Under the pieces are notes generated by a model. It was not told the DNA's origin and did not search any database. It was given only the letters and a program-made list of their open reading frames with translations. DNA of 62,393 nucleotides, the filler included, from Catajapyx aquilonaris (Eukaryota), in NCBI GenBank assembly GCA_000934665.2. It is 2 parts of 2 records of this genome, joined end to end, with 100 filler letters (N's around TTAATTAATTAA, not from the genome) between each part and the next. Parts side by side here need not be neighbours in the genome. Positions count along the whole stretch, not along the records: positions 1 to 31,168 come from KZ539174.1; 1 more part is not named here. The stretch is one strand, 5' to 3'. Position 1 is the first letter of the stretch. Each line of letters opens with the position of its first letter. The position numbers and the translations under genes were made by a program. Positions 1 to 12,900 of this stretch are shown in pieces.

Positions 1-532
1 ATGTTTGAAAACCCCGAAAAAGTCATACTGCATGACTAGCTAGGTTCATGAAGTTGAATTTTGACTTTACGCAACACTAGAAATTGATAATTTTTTTTCC
101 GTACCGCGGTGAAAGTACTTCCGGTTGCTTCCAAATAATCATAAATGGGATCGGTATCATCAGAAACCCCTGAAACGACCTTAAGATCCTGAAAATCCCT
201 TCATTATTACCGGAGATAGGTGCCGGGGGACGTTCCGAGACCACTATGCCCCCCGCCCCCCCTCAGGGGGGGTGTAGGGGTCCGAAAATTTGCACCCCGC
301 CATTTTTGGACAGCCTGGTCCCAAATAAACCCAAAACCACCATAAAATCAATTTCAGCACGAAAATCCTACGGGATGACATACCATACCACACTAAAAGC
401 CCTCAGGACATAATAATAATTATGATGTAGCCTACCTAAGCGTCAAAGGTTTAATATAAGGAGGGGGGAGGGGAGTATGATGCGGATAATTGTTGGATGA
501 GCATCATTAAGAACATGGCCTACACCGCAGGC

Positions 533-618
533 CGCAGGCCTAGAAAAGAGCGAGCGAAGCGAGTGGTTTTCTAGGCCTGCGCCCTAGGAAAATTCGAGCG
601 GAGCGAGGGTTTTCCTAG
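533..618 (+). repeat. Twin hairpins with CGAGCG(A/G)AGCGAG loops ending in CTAG; possible Helitron-like 3' terminus
   Basis: 15-bp perfect stem 533-547/567-581 (cgcaggcctagaaaa/ttttctaggcctgcg) and 9-bp stem 584-592/610-618; near-identical loops; ends CTAG followed by T. The Helitron assignment is inference. Confidence 0.4.
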
Positions 619-1529
619 TAGAAATTGAAAATTGAAATGAAAATTTGATTGATTAGATAGGCCTAAATTGTTGTCAATGGCTCCTGGACAGGTGGTATTC
701 CTTTTTTTGCATTCCATAAATTATTTGTTTCTTTCTCCAGGTTCAATATTGAAAAAATACAAATTGCACTCAAATGTAACTTTGATGTCTAACTGAGATT
801 TACTCCAAGACTAGAAAACATGATTAAAAATATAATTGACTAAATTGATTTACGTACACTGGTACACCGCACTGGTCTCACGGAGGGGGATTGTCGGTGC
901 CACACGTCGTTCGGGTACCACTCGGTGTCATTTTGGTAGTATGATCATGCTACAAAATTTACTTTTTTTTATTTATTTTTTACAAACCATTGGGATACCG
1001 GTATCACTTATAGCGTAAGTTTTCATGAAGATCTACCATATACGTTGTTCACACTATTTTTAAATGCATATTTGGCATGCCATCACCGTAATTTACGGGC
1101 AACTTACGTACCTTTAACCGGGTATTTAAAAGTTTAAAAAATTTAATTGGACATTCAGCATTTTCATAATTATTCACAAGAAATAGGCAATCCGGGATAA
1201 TTATTTGGCATTATTTCATAATCATAATTATGCATAAATATAACTACATTTAATACCATATTTATAACTTCCAACCCGATCCGTGATTGGCTACAGCACT
1301 CCGCCACACTTCACACCAGATCCACCACCACCACCACCACGACCACCAACCCGATTTCGAATCATCGCGGGCCAACAGGTGTCTCTCTGCTTCAGCATGA
1401 TATGGTCGTACAATCCGGTAGATGTCGCTAGTGTGCCCTGCTTAGCAGCGTGGGGGCCTGGGGGAGAGGGGGGAGCGCGGCCCATTCTGGCCCATTCTCT
1501 GAGCCAAAGCCGCATTCGGAGTCGTCTTG

Positions 1530-1794
1530 TCAGTTGGTTCGAGCGTCGTCCAGTCCACGGTGTTCGAATCCCGGCTTTCTGTAGGCCAGCCGCCCATTCC
1601 GCTCTGTTCCGCGGGCTGGGAAGACTACAGTGAGTGTGTAGTGCTGGAGTGGCGAGTGTAGGCTGCGTGGGTGAAGCCAGACTTCCAGACTCAGCAGCGG
1701 AGGTGAAGGAGGTGGAGAAGGAGAGGAGGGGAAATACCTGTCAGACAGACCCGGTGTTGTCAGTCCGTCAGTCCGCAACCGGGACCGTACCTAG
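1530..1794 (+). promoter_or_regulatory. Putative promoter and non-coding first exon of beta-heavy spectrin
   Basis: CpG-rich island after AT-rich DNA, Inr-like TCAGTT at 1530-1535 and donor AG|GTAGGT at 1794/1795. The first coding exon has a splice acceptor (9915-9916), so an upstream exon is required. Confidence 0.45.
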
Positions 1795-3558
1795 GTAGGT
1801 AGAAAGCCTTTCTGGACATGTTTTTTGATCAGGTGTGTCATGGTGGAAGGCAAGCAGGCTGAGGCAAGTTTTTTTTTCTGGTCTCCCTAGTTATGTTCCA
1901 CGCACCAAAGGGCAAGAGGAGCTAAACCTTGCTTGTGTGTTCAGGTGGGGTTGAGGGGCATCCATGCCACACTTGAGGGAAGCGTAGTATGCCGTGAAGA
2001 AAAATGTAGGCGTGACAGAGGGCAGCGGAATACAGTTTGATGCCGGTTTGGGCTGTTGCAACCAGGTGTAATTCGTGTTTATAAGGAAGACCGGATTGTG
2101 TTCGAATTTATTTAGCGCTTGGAACGCCGTGGAATGCAGCGTATATTCCTGCGGGGCAAATGTAACGGGGAGATATCTGACACTACTGGAGGAACGAATG
2201 GGGCAAGGAAAATCAGTTTGGAACCGGAGTTCGAATGTTTTAATAAGAATTGGAATGGTCCTGCCAATGATTATTACGTTGTCTAAGGAGGGCTTGACAC
2301 ACAAAAAATTCGGTTTATTGCGCTAACGTGCAGGTGGCATGTAATTGATTAACGTTTTAAGCGATATATTGCAGTGGAATATTGCCAGCCTGTTAGCCTA
2401 TTAATACTGGGCCATGACACCACCCTTGTCAATAAAAGACAAGTTTACGAGAGTTCGTAAAATGGGCCAAAAAATAGGTTGTGAAGGCATCTTTGTGTTA
2501 GTCACCGTGTGTTCACCACAGCTAATAGCAGTGAATTTTACTGCCGGTAGAAATCGGCATTTCACACACGTTATTTCTGCAAGAACATTATTTGCTCAAG
2601 GGCGTCTTAACTATGTAGTCACAAAAGTAGGAGGATCCGACAGGAAAATGGAACGAGCCGTACACGCAGTAAAGAATTGAAGGGAAAATTACCCGTGAGA
2701 TTTGGACAGCAATAACTTATATTACACGTTATCTCCCGATTTTATTGGCGTTATTTTGTGGCTGCACGTGTGTACATGTAATCCTAGAGTGGTAATGATT
2801 CAATTGGGCTAGCTGTTGGTTTTCCTGATTCCTATTATATCTTGAATGAATGGCGAGTAACGTGGGAATTACTGCACATGCACGAACAAATGTGCTTTTG
2901 TTTAGGCTGAGAACTAACAGTGGATGTGATCGACACGAATTACACCAATGCAATACCAGGAAGTTTGCACTCCGTCGAACAGGTGGTTTGCAGCCAACCT
3001 CGTATGCCGGGGTGGAATATTTAGGTTTAATTAGTGCGCATACCTGTCAATCTAAAGCGTGTCAAAGGAACAGATAATTCTCAGAATATGTCCGTGTCCA
3101 TGAGGACATTCTGCGCGTTAGGCAAGTGTCACTGGAGCCATGTAGGGCGGGAATAAATGCAGTGCACCCACACATCAATACCCTATTGGGCGATACCTCA
3201 TAGGTGAAGGTGAAGGTGATTAGGGGTTATTCTCTCTAGATTGAGTCGCGCTTGCACTTTGATCAGCGATGGAATCCGCCAGTTTAGATAGTTGCATCAA
3301 CCGATAAGTGACCTTTAGTCTATTGTGAACTTGTTTGCCTATTGTCTAATGACACATTGTCTCCCAAGTGGGCGTTGTTGAGGGGCGACTTTTTCGTGTT
3401 TTCCTGGTTTTGGAGGGGGGATTGGGAAGGCGAGGGCGTCACAAAAGCTTTGACACGTCCCACAGTGTAGCCATTAGGCCAAACTTGTTAGCAGGTGAGT
3501 GACTTGTGTCCTTTCAGGAACCGCATTTTCAAAAAGGTATTATCGGATCTAAATTCAA

Positions 3559-3625
3559 CATTAGAATAGCACCGACGTCGCATTGCCCGCAATGTAGCTG
3601 GAAACAAGCCGGTGCTATTCTAATG
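3559..3625. repeat. Short perfect inverted repeat (MITE remnant)
   Basis: cattagaatagcaccg (3559-3574) / cggtgctattctaatg (3610-3625), 35-nt spacer. Confidence 0.6.
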
Positions 3626-6600
3626 AATGCATTTTGCTAGTGGACATTTGGACACTTTAAACGGGAGCATAAACCTGACCCAACGCACATTAAGCCCCCC
3701 ATATAAGATACCCTGGACAGTTCCTAAATGGGCTAGTGCTGCTCCAGTCATTTCCTGATTAGTCCACATAATTTACGAGGGTAGACAACAAGTCCTGGAG
3801 AAAGTGCGTACAGTGCAGGAAACTTTAGGATTGATTAGTTAGATGGAGGTTGAGGTGGAGGGCGTTGGAAACCATATTGAATGGCAAGCAAGCAGGTAGG
3901 TAGGTGGCCTTGGTGCTTTGGTGAGGCAGACGAACCCAACTGAGCATCTTCAGCTAGCCTCAGGGGGCCCCCTCTTTGGGAAGAGGATGCTGCAACTCTT
4001 TGTTCTCGCCACCGCCCTAGACACAGTGTCCGAGGGACCCCCAAACAGAATGCGGTCACATGGCATATTTCCAGCATACGTGGACGACAGTGAAAGCAGG
4101 TGAACGGCTATGGCCCTTAGGCCACTTCGCCATCAAGGTCTTCCCAGTTGCCATTTGGCGCGCAGGAAGAAGCAAAAAGGGGTGACTGGACCATCAACAA
4201 TGGTCCATCCTATTGGGGGTAAACAGAGCCTCGCCAATCCTAAAAGCTCCAGGATGTGACAATACCTCCTCATTGTCCAAAAAGGTCTTACTCCAGCAGG
4301 TGCCGGAAGGGAAAAAGGCAAGAGGCTGTAAAAGTATGCGTAATTTCATAGTGTCTTTACCCTCTTGCGTGACGGGGCCTGGAGATAGAGCACTTTTGCG
4401 GAAAGGGCAAGGTCGGGAAAACCGGGAGAATTGTTGCAAGTAGCTGGGTTTCATCAACGCCATTTTTTCACTTATTTTTTGTGGTGCACTAGTTTTCGCC
4501 CTGTAATTCTGGTACCGATGAAGGTGCGCGTTATTATATAGCCTTGATAAAAATCAGATTTGGGGGNGGGGGGGGGTACATTCCTTAAGGAATTCAACTT
4601 GCAAGGTTTCAGTCACGATGCTCACGCTGGCCCTCCGAGTGTCCTTCTGGTCTGTCACTCGGTGTGAACGAGTTGATAATCATTCCCACGTTAGCCTTGG
4701 TTCAGAATTCCGGACGGAAAATAAAGGCTTTTGCAACGGGGAAAGAGTTCCGAGGTATAAGATCCGGGTTATTTACACCTGTGTGTGAACCATCGGGGCT
4801 TTGATGGGGAGGGAGCGCTGGTTTTGCCCCCTTCGTGATGATGATGATGGACCCCTCTAGCCGAATTAATTTTCAAGGCCGATCCCAAGCTTGTGATCCA
4901 GAATTCTTGACCCGAAACGCCACACACATTGCGTTCATCGACACGTGCGTCAGGAGATAGGTCGCTGCTGGTGACCAGTGTCAGACCCCCTCGGGCTCTT
5001 CCGGTTCGTCGAATCGCCGCAATCATGGAATATCGTGACGAAAATTGTGGGAATAACGGGTAAGTTCCAGGAAATACTTCTGGTAAAATTACGACACTGC
5101 GACACATCGGACCTGTCTTGATGGGCGATAGCCGATAGGTAGGCTACTTAAAGGCTGATATGACGCGCCAATATCCCCTTAAGGCGGAAATAGACAGGTC
5201 CGATATGATGCGCGCAATTTGAGCAGCAGTCACTGCACGTGTGTCAAGGAAGGTTTTGCAACCGGACATGCACTGCTTGTATACAGTGAAACGCGTGTAT
5301 TTTCCTCGAAGTATTTTCTCACCGAACAGGTATACGAAAGAGACTCGATGAAAATCTTGGGGTGGGAAACAAAAATATTTGCAATGGACAAGTTTCCGCT
5401 GTGTCCTGGGTCCATTATAGACAGGTTTTTACTATATAAGGAGAGAAGCTGTGATTTGGCTCGACTTCTTTTGGAAAGAGATCCGCAATTGGCTGTAGAA
5501 CAAGGGGCGGGGCTCATTGCATTCTCCGTCTCAGAATTTCATGCACTGGTTGATCCAAGTATGCAAATGCTTATGCGTGTCAAAAAAGGGATAAAATACA
5601 CGAAGGTAACCCCAACTGTCATCCGGGACACAGCTATATTACAGCCCGACCAATCACGTCGGACGCGGCCCTATATGCCTTGAAGACTTGCATAGTCGGG
5701 CTACTTTTCCGCAATAGGAAAAGGATGGCAATGCAGCTGTTGTACCTGATGACCCTCTTTCAACTGCACTTGGCAGACTGTTAGCTGGGTATTAACTCTT
5801 AAGAAAGCCATGCAAGAAATGGCGGTCAGGAATGGAAAAATTCAGGTCAGTTTTTGCGTTTGCTGGGGGTTCCTTTCATGCTTTTTGGCTATTTTAGCAT
5901 ATCGACCCACATCCTTTTTTGTGGAAAAAAGTCATATACAAAGTCGCAATAACGCGAATGGACAAAGGAATAAATTGCTTAGAAACACGGGATGGAAATC
6001 GCTCCACTTTTCTGCACGCCCCCCAGAACACGCTGTTCATTGTACGGTACGAAAGGAAGATACGAACCAAAAAGGAGTGTGTTCCAGGAAGATGTGTGCA
6101 ATTCCCGTCACGTTTAGTAATAGGAAGGAAAGGAATCCGATGAGGCAATAACGGTCGGGGGAGTACAATCCTAACCGTAAATTGGCCAGGAAGTTAGGCA
6201 AGTCGTAATCTCTGTTTTGAGGAGACGACGTCACAGAGGATTCTGAGACATGTAAATGAAGCCTTCCGGATGCGTCGTACTGTCATATGCGGGGTTTTAC
6301 TTGTACAGGTGACGTATCCTAGTTCCAGTCGCGAATCTATTCCACAGTAATGATAACACCTGTTGCATAATGGAAGGCAACGCGTCATTTACACCTACGT
6401 GTTCTGTTCGCGTAATTAGCTGAATCAGTTGTAACGTGACGTAAGTCATTTATCTCCGGAGCACTATTGGTGCACCTGCAGGGCTGCCGGTAGGTAATTA
6501 ATCAGCATGCAGGTAATGAGAGTGCCTGGGGGTTTGGCCTCGGAAATCGGAGCGCGAAATTTGTGGAAATATCCTGCTTTCTGAAACTTTTCATTGAGCC

Positions 6601-9600
6601 TCCACCCGAGCGTAGGAAGAAGACATTCTGGTGCAGATCATGCAAGCCAATGACGTCATGTACGATTTTGCCACTTGATCCGTGCACACATAATGGGCCT
6701 TCCACTGTAGGGGCTTTAGTGCGTACAAAGATGATGGTTTTTTCCCCCCTCCTGCTGCCATCCACGGGTGTTCCTTTTGAGGGTTAATAAAATTGAATGA
6801 GCTGAAAGTACAGGGGTCAGCGGCCCGACGAGTTGCCCTGCTGGAAGCCAAAATGTGTGTACTCGCAAATTAAAAGCTAATTACAGTCTGGGGCATGAAT
6901 ACCTTAATCCAGACAGTTGTACCCATTCTCAGCAAGTGTCAGACGAGGGCCATTCAAATGCTCGTTAATAAACTGCCGGAAAGTATCGAAGAATGGTGAA
7001 AGCATTATGTTTTTCCCCAGGCTATTTGTATTTTGGACTGAGTCAAGCGAATGACCGGACTTGCTGAGTGTGGTATTACCGATACGCTGCCAAATCTTGC
7101 ATTCCAAATTCGGGGTAAATACCCTCGTCATGAATATTTTTTTTGGAACCAAACCCAGTAAGGCACTGACGAAATTGCAAGTTGCTCTTATATGCAAGCT
7201 TTTTCCAGTCATTGTAGGCCTACTCATCAATCTGAATGATTGTAAATAGCGATGAAGAGCTGCAGGAGTTACAATAGTCATTTAGTAAGAGTGGGCCCAC
7301 CTGCCTGTACATAATATCTGGAGAATGCTTACATTGATGTGAAGGAAGGTTTACTCCCTTTGACCTGGTTTCAACTCGAAAATTCTTGTGGATATTTTAA
7401 AACTCCGTTTTGGGAATAGGAACTGTCTGTTCCCCTAGAAGGCTGGCTATAAAATATTTCATATCAGTAAATGTGGTGATGACGTCCATGCAGATGCACG
7501 CACCCGGGTCCATACCTGAGCTCCAGACCTGTTTGACGGGAGTGTTACAACTTCCACGGCAGATATTAAGGGGCCTAGTAAACCACGGTTGTAGTACAAT
7601 AGCAGAGTAACGGAGCGGCCTTATTTTTCCCTCCACCTCCATTCTCAATTCATTTTCTACTGTGACCCGAAGAGTTCCTCAACTTTGCTACCGTTCACCA
7701 TGCACCGTAATGTACAATACCCTGAAACGGGATTAATATTGGACCAATTTAAAAGCAATATTTCCTCCACGACCCCCCCCTTCCACTACCATAGTTCGGT
7801 AGTGGTTGCAGTTCTCTGACCTTCGGGAGCATGTTTTATTATTTTGCACGACTTTGCAGACGTGAACCCAAACGAGTTGGTTGCGTGTTCCACATATTTG
7901 CACGTTTGGTCCGTGGCGTATAGGAACGTCATTTGCCGAGCGTGTCCACAGTTTATTTTGTTAATTGTTATTACCGTAAATACCGGTTTCCTACCGCCCT
8001 GTCAGCAGAAACTTAGAATGTCGGGCGGCCTTATCCAGGCAAAAGGCTTATTGGGAGTCCGTATTTTTATATGGATATAAAATAGTGGCGGGGTGGTTGG
8101 GNNNNNGGGGGGGGGGGAAGCGGCCTTCGGAAAACGGGAAGGTGAGTGGGTTAAACGAGTCAAGTCAGGGCACTCACTTCGAAAAATGGGCTAGTCGGTT
8201 CTCTGTTGAGGTCAGTGCCTTGCACGCATTCAAAATACCTCGGTTTTGCAGCAATGCTACCTGGAGGAAGCCAACTAGGCGGTGCGTTGGCCAAGTCCCG
8301 CTATGTAATTGCATGAACCAGGTGTTCTCCCAAACGCCACCTACTACAGGCGTAATACCTTGCCACATGGGACAAGTCAACGATGGCTGCCGGTACATTT
8401 TTCTGGCCATCTTAGTAGTGTGTCAAGCCGCCGGATTGGGGTTAAGACGACCCTGTCTTAAATTCATGCAGGCCTCGTGCCCCATGAATGCATGGATTAG
8501 CTCATTCACGTGTGTAGGAAACACCACTTCCTATCCCATCAAGCACATCCTGCCATCATAGCTCATCCACACAATGCACCTGATAATGTTTGCAAGGACG
8601 GAACACCCTACATTCCGGTGGACTATCGTGCGCGGATATAAATATTTCCAGCTCACCCTGCCACAATTTTTTTGAAGGGACATTACAGCAGCTGTATCTG
8701 CCGATAAGTGCAGGTTGACTCCCCGTACTAGTGAGGTTGTGAAGTTGGACGACATACAATAGTGAAGGGTATTGCGTGTCGTGAATGCGTGCAGACGTAT
8801 TTTATGGCAGCTTGGCGCAATTTTTGTAGCCCGAGTGGAGAATTGACCTTCGAAGACACTGGGGGATTTTTAGGTGCATTTGTTTTGCCAGGGTGACTGG
8901 GTTGATTTCCCTTATGGTAAATTTTGGCCAGGGGGTAAACTTGGAGGGAGGAGGAGGAAACAAAAAAATCCAGGTCGCTTTCGTCCGTAGACAGGTCCTA
9001 GAAAGGCGAGTGTGATTTACTTTTTCTCATATTTTTGCTCGTAACCTGTACCATAGTACAACGCGAAAGTTTCACCTACATTTTGTACTCCCAAGTTCAA
9101 GATGCGTCGTACATCTGCTACCTTGTATTCAGCTTCTGAAGGCGCAGAAGCGGTGAGTGGCAGATCCAGCAGCTTGGAATATTTTACTGTGAATTGAACG
9201 TTGCGCATAATATGTTAAGAGCAGGTATGGAACGTGCACATTTGCGATCTGTCAAATATATTGCAGGTGACCATTTATGAGGAACTCGGGAGATCGATAA
9301 GACGTATGAAATTCGCAGATTTTTCCCAAGGTGACGAACAGGTTGCAGTGTCCTTCGTTAACTGGGAAACTGGATGAAAGGCCACGGCTTTTTAAATAGT
9401 AATTTGCATGCAGCGTCAAGTGCACATTTCAAGTTCTTGAAATCATCAATTCCAGAAGTCAGCTCGAACGAGAAAAGTTTTGGACGCTGAATAATCTGTA
9501 ACAGAAACCTTGGCGTGTTTTTTTTTCAACCTCACTTTCACGCTTGAGCGCCCATTGAAATAAAAAGTGCTGGATGACATTGGGTCTGATGCCTAGCACT

Positions 9601-9951
9601 ATTTTCGTATTGTAACGCCGGTGAGATAGGTGTATACAAAATACAATATAATATGAGGGCTGTCTGGGTTTGCCCTTGAGGGGAGGGGGGGGGGGGGTNG
9701 GGGGGGTGGGGAGACCCCATCCACTCTCCTCCACCCTTAGCACCACCACTACCACCCTTCCCAGCACCATCCAGTGTTAACGGTGGAATGGTATTGCAAT
9801 GCTGCCAGATTGTGGTGCCAGACACACTTGATTGCCGTGGGAATAATTGCCGGGCGCCTTTGGGGTAGGACGGAATGAGAAAGTCACTTCCCTAATGTCT
9901 GTGTCCCTCTTTCCAGGATGACCGCGCGGTAGTAGGCGTCTAGGAGTGAGG

Positions 9952-12900
9952 ATGTCTCAGAGAGAAGATGCCCTCAAGTTCGAGACGGGCCGGATCAAGG
10001 CCCTGCAGGAGGAGCGACTACATATACAGAAGAAAACATTTACCAAATGGATGAACTCATTTCTTCAAAAGGTGGGTGATTTTCTGGTGGCTTCGGCGTA
10101 TCTGGGTTGTTTCAGGCCCTGGAATGTACTAAGGAACAGATCTGTTGAAAGCCATGTCCGCTGAAGATAGGTCTGTATCCGCAACCCCTTCCCCTGCCAC
10201 ATTCAGTCTGCCATTACATTTTAACCCCCCTGCCCGCACCATGAGTAGTGCCCGGGGGCAGTGGCTGTGTCGCAAACGCAGTCGGGAAGTATTGAATGTG
10301 GCGGGGGAAGGGGTACGCTGTACCAACCTAACCCAACCCTCCTTCCTTGCGGATACAGACCTATCTTCAGCAGATACATGCCTAGGAGAACACGTGAAAG
10401 TGTGGGGTCTCCCGATACGACAGTGTAGCCCAAAACATTTAGCAGCAATCCAAAGTGGCCGTGGGGTCTTTTCTCCGACTGCATGTGCCAAACTGTACTT
10501 GGGGAGAGGCATCACCTTCTCCTACATGTGTCCAACGCCACCGCGAAGTGTCTAATGGCGACTGGACAGATTCTGAATTACGGCATCAGTCCAACCCGTT
10601 GCTGACACGTCGCAAACATACCAATATTTCTGAGCACATGCTGTAATATTCTTCACGGGAGATTGCACTACAGCATGTGTCCAATGTGAGTAGACATTTC
10701 AGGAAGTGCCCAATTCCAAAATATTTGGGTCCGTATAAGGGCATAATTATGTGACCTTGAAATAACCCGCAATTTCTCAGACCAGCCACAGTTGTGCAGG
10801 CCTACTGTACGTTATGACATCAGGTTAGCAATGAAACATTAAATGCCTGCCTATAACTGGAGTTTTCAAACTACAGGAAAGAGCACTAGCTTATGCTATC
10901 AGCCAGACAACTTGTGGTTGGCGACACAGACCCCTAATTTTATTTCAGAGTGAAACAACGGAATGTAGAATGTTCCAATCAATCTGTTGATATTTTCGAG
11001 AACGAACGAGTATTAAACCGTCATTTTGAATAACGTTTAAACAAATATTAATCATACGGCAGGACTTTTTTTAAATAAGTTCATGACAGAAACAGGCTGG
11101 AAAAATAATCAAAGAATTTTAGCATAATATTGGAAAGATGTACAGTAGTTTTCGCATGCAGTGCATTCCAGTTCCTTCCGAGCCCGGGCTTCTCTACTAT
11201 AGACGAGAACCCTGTCGGGAGAATGCCACTGGTCGGCGTGTATAATCGATGACTGGCATTAAAAGCCGACTGGAGAAAGAAGTAGAATCAACATCCCAAC
11301 TGCCGACAATGGTGTGTCATGCCTGAGGCACAGAAGAATTGGTCAGGGCTCTTAAAGGGTCGACAGTTATATTATTACGACGGCAGTCTGATTATTTTAC
11401 GCTCGACTTCACGTGAAAGTTGAATGAAAGCTGGAAATTTTTGCGCAGAATAATGCCTTTCGACGAGTCGGTTTTTTATCCCCCCGTTCACGTGGGTTCT
11501 AAAGAGGGGGGTTTAATTACCAAGGCATTATTCGCGCCCCATTTCGTTCCGTAATTAACCGAGGAGATTCTTCAAGCTTTTCAAGTCAATGAGGGATGCA
11601 AAAATAAACTCGCAATGCGTCAGGTGCCACAGGTCTTCATGATGGCCAGGTTAATTACCCGATGTAATGAACGTGAATTGTTTGGGCGAATACCAACGGA
11701 TGGGTTTGAGTTGGAGAGGAATTCGTCATAAGGAGGTTTTCCCAAATGGGTGTGCAAAAACGAAAATGGCCAGGTGAAAGTGGCATGTCGCCTTCGCCGG
11801 TTCATTCAACTTGCATGCTTTGATGAAGGTGGGTGCAATGAGGCACTCAAACAAATACTATTTTTTTTCTTTTTTCTTTTTGACAGTCTGAGAGCTTTGC
11901 CAGGCATAGTGCGTGACGGATAGGCGGAGGATATGACGTGGGATGTAGGCCGCTCTACGGCTCTTCCGTTGGGTTGTTGTCCATTTGGGGAGATGAACCT
12001 CCAGATGGAAAAATGACAAAAAAAGGCACGTCGCCCCGTTATGTCCATACACGAAAAGATGGTTATCCTTGGAGGTGTGGAAATTCATCTCAATCACGCG
12101 GCCTTCTCTTGACGGCTCAATGGGAAGAAACGGGTGTGAACCGCCATGACGTTTGTTGAAACAATAATTATTTCAGGAACACGAATCTGCGCTGGGGTTT
12201 GCTCTGAGCCCGCTGAAACACCTGTTCTGAGCAGCGTGTAACAAATGGTCGGTTCCTTTCACCCATACATATCAGGCTGAGGGATGAGACTCGTAGTCGT
12301 CCATCAGGAATGTTGACGTGTTGAAGGTATTTTGCCAGCCGATGGGCCCTTTCAGTTTCAACTCACCTGTCAGTAGGCCCTACAGCAGCCCCCCCCCCCN
12401 CCCCCCCCCCCATATGGCATATCCGGATGCAACATTCGGACACGTCAGGGTTTACAAGTACCGCACTTGACAGGCCTTTTATCTCTAATTGATCCACTTA
12501 AAATTGCGACGAACTAAGTCACTCCTAAGGGCAGTTTTTTTTTAAATTACGTGTGTCATGATTATTTGTAGACAAAAATGCGGCGTAATTAACATGCCTG
12601 AATTTCTCCGGAATGTTTCAGGCCAGGATGGAAGTGGAGGATCTCTTCACGGACCTGGCCGATGGGAAGAAGCTGCTGAAGCTCCTGGAGATCATCTCCG
12701 GGGAAAAGCTGGGCAAGCCCAACAACGGCAAGATGAGGGTACACAAAATCGAGAACGTCAACAAAAGTCTGGCCTTCCTACACACCAAGGTACGTATCAG
12801 GCCCCCCTCCCCCTGTCTCTCTCCCCCTCTCTCTCCTTCCGCTCGAAAAAACAATAGTTCACGCCGGTTGTTGCCGACATGTTGAAGGCGTGTGGAGCGA

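Noticed and set aside
5219..5683. 154-aa ORF in the presumed spectrin intron 1
   Set aside because: TTG start, no recognisable motif; nearby 13-bp IR (5106-5118/5192-5204) suggests repeat debris.
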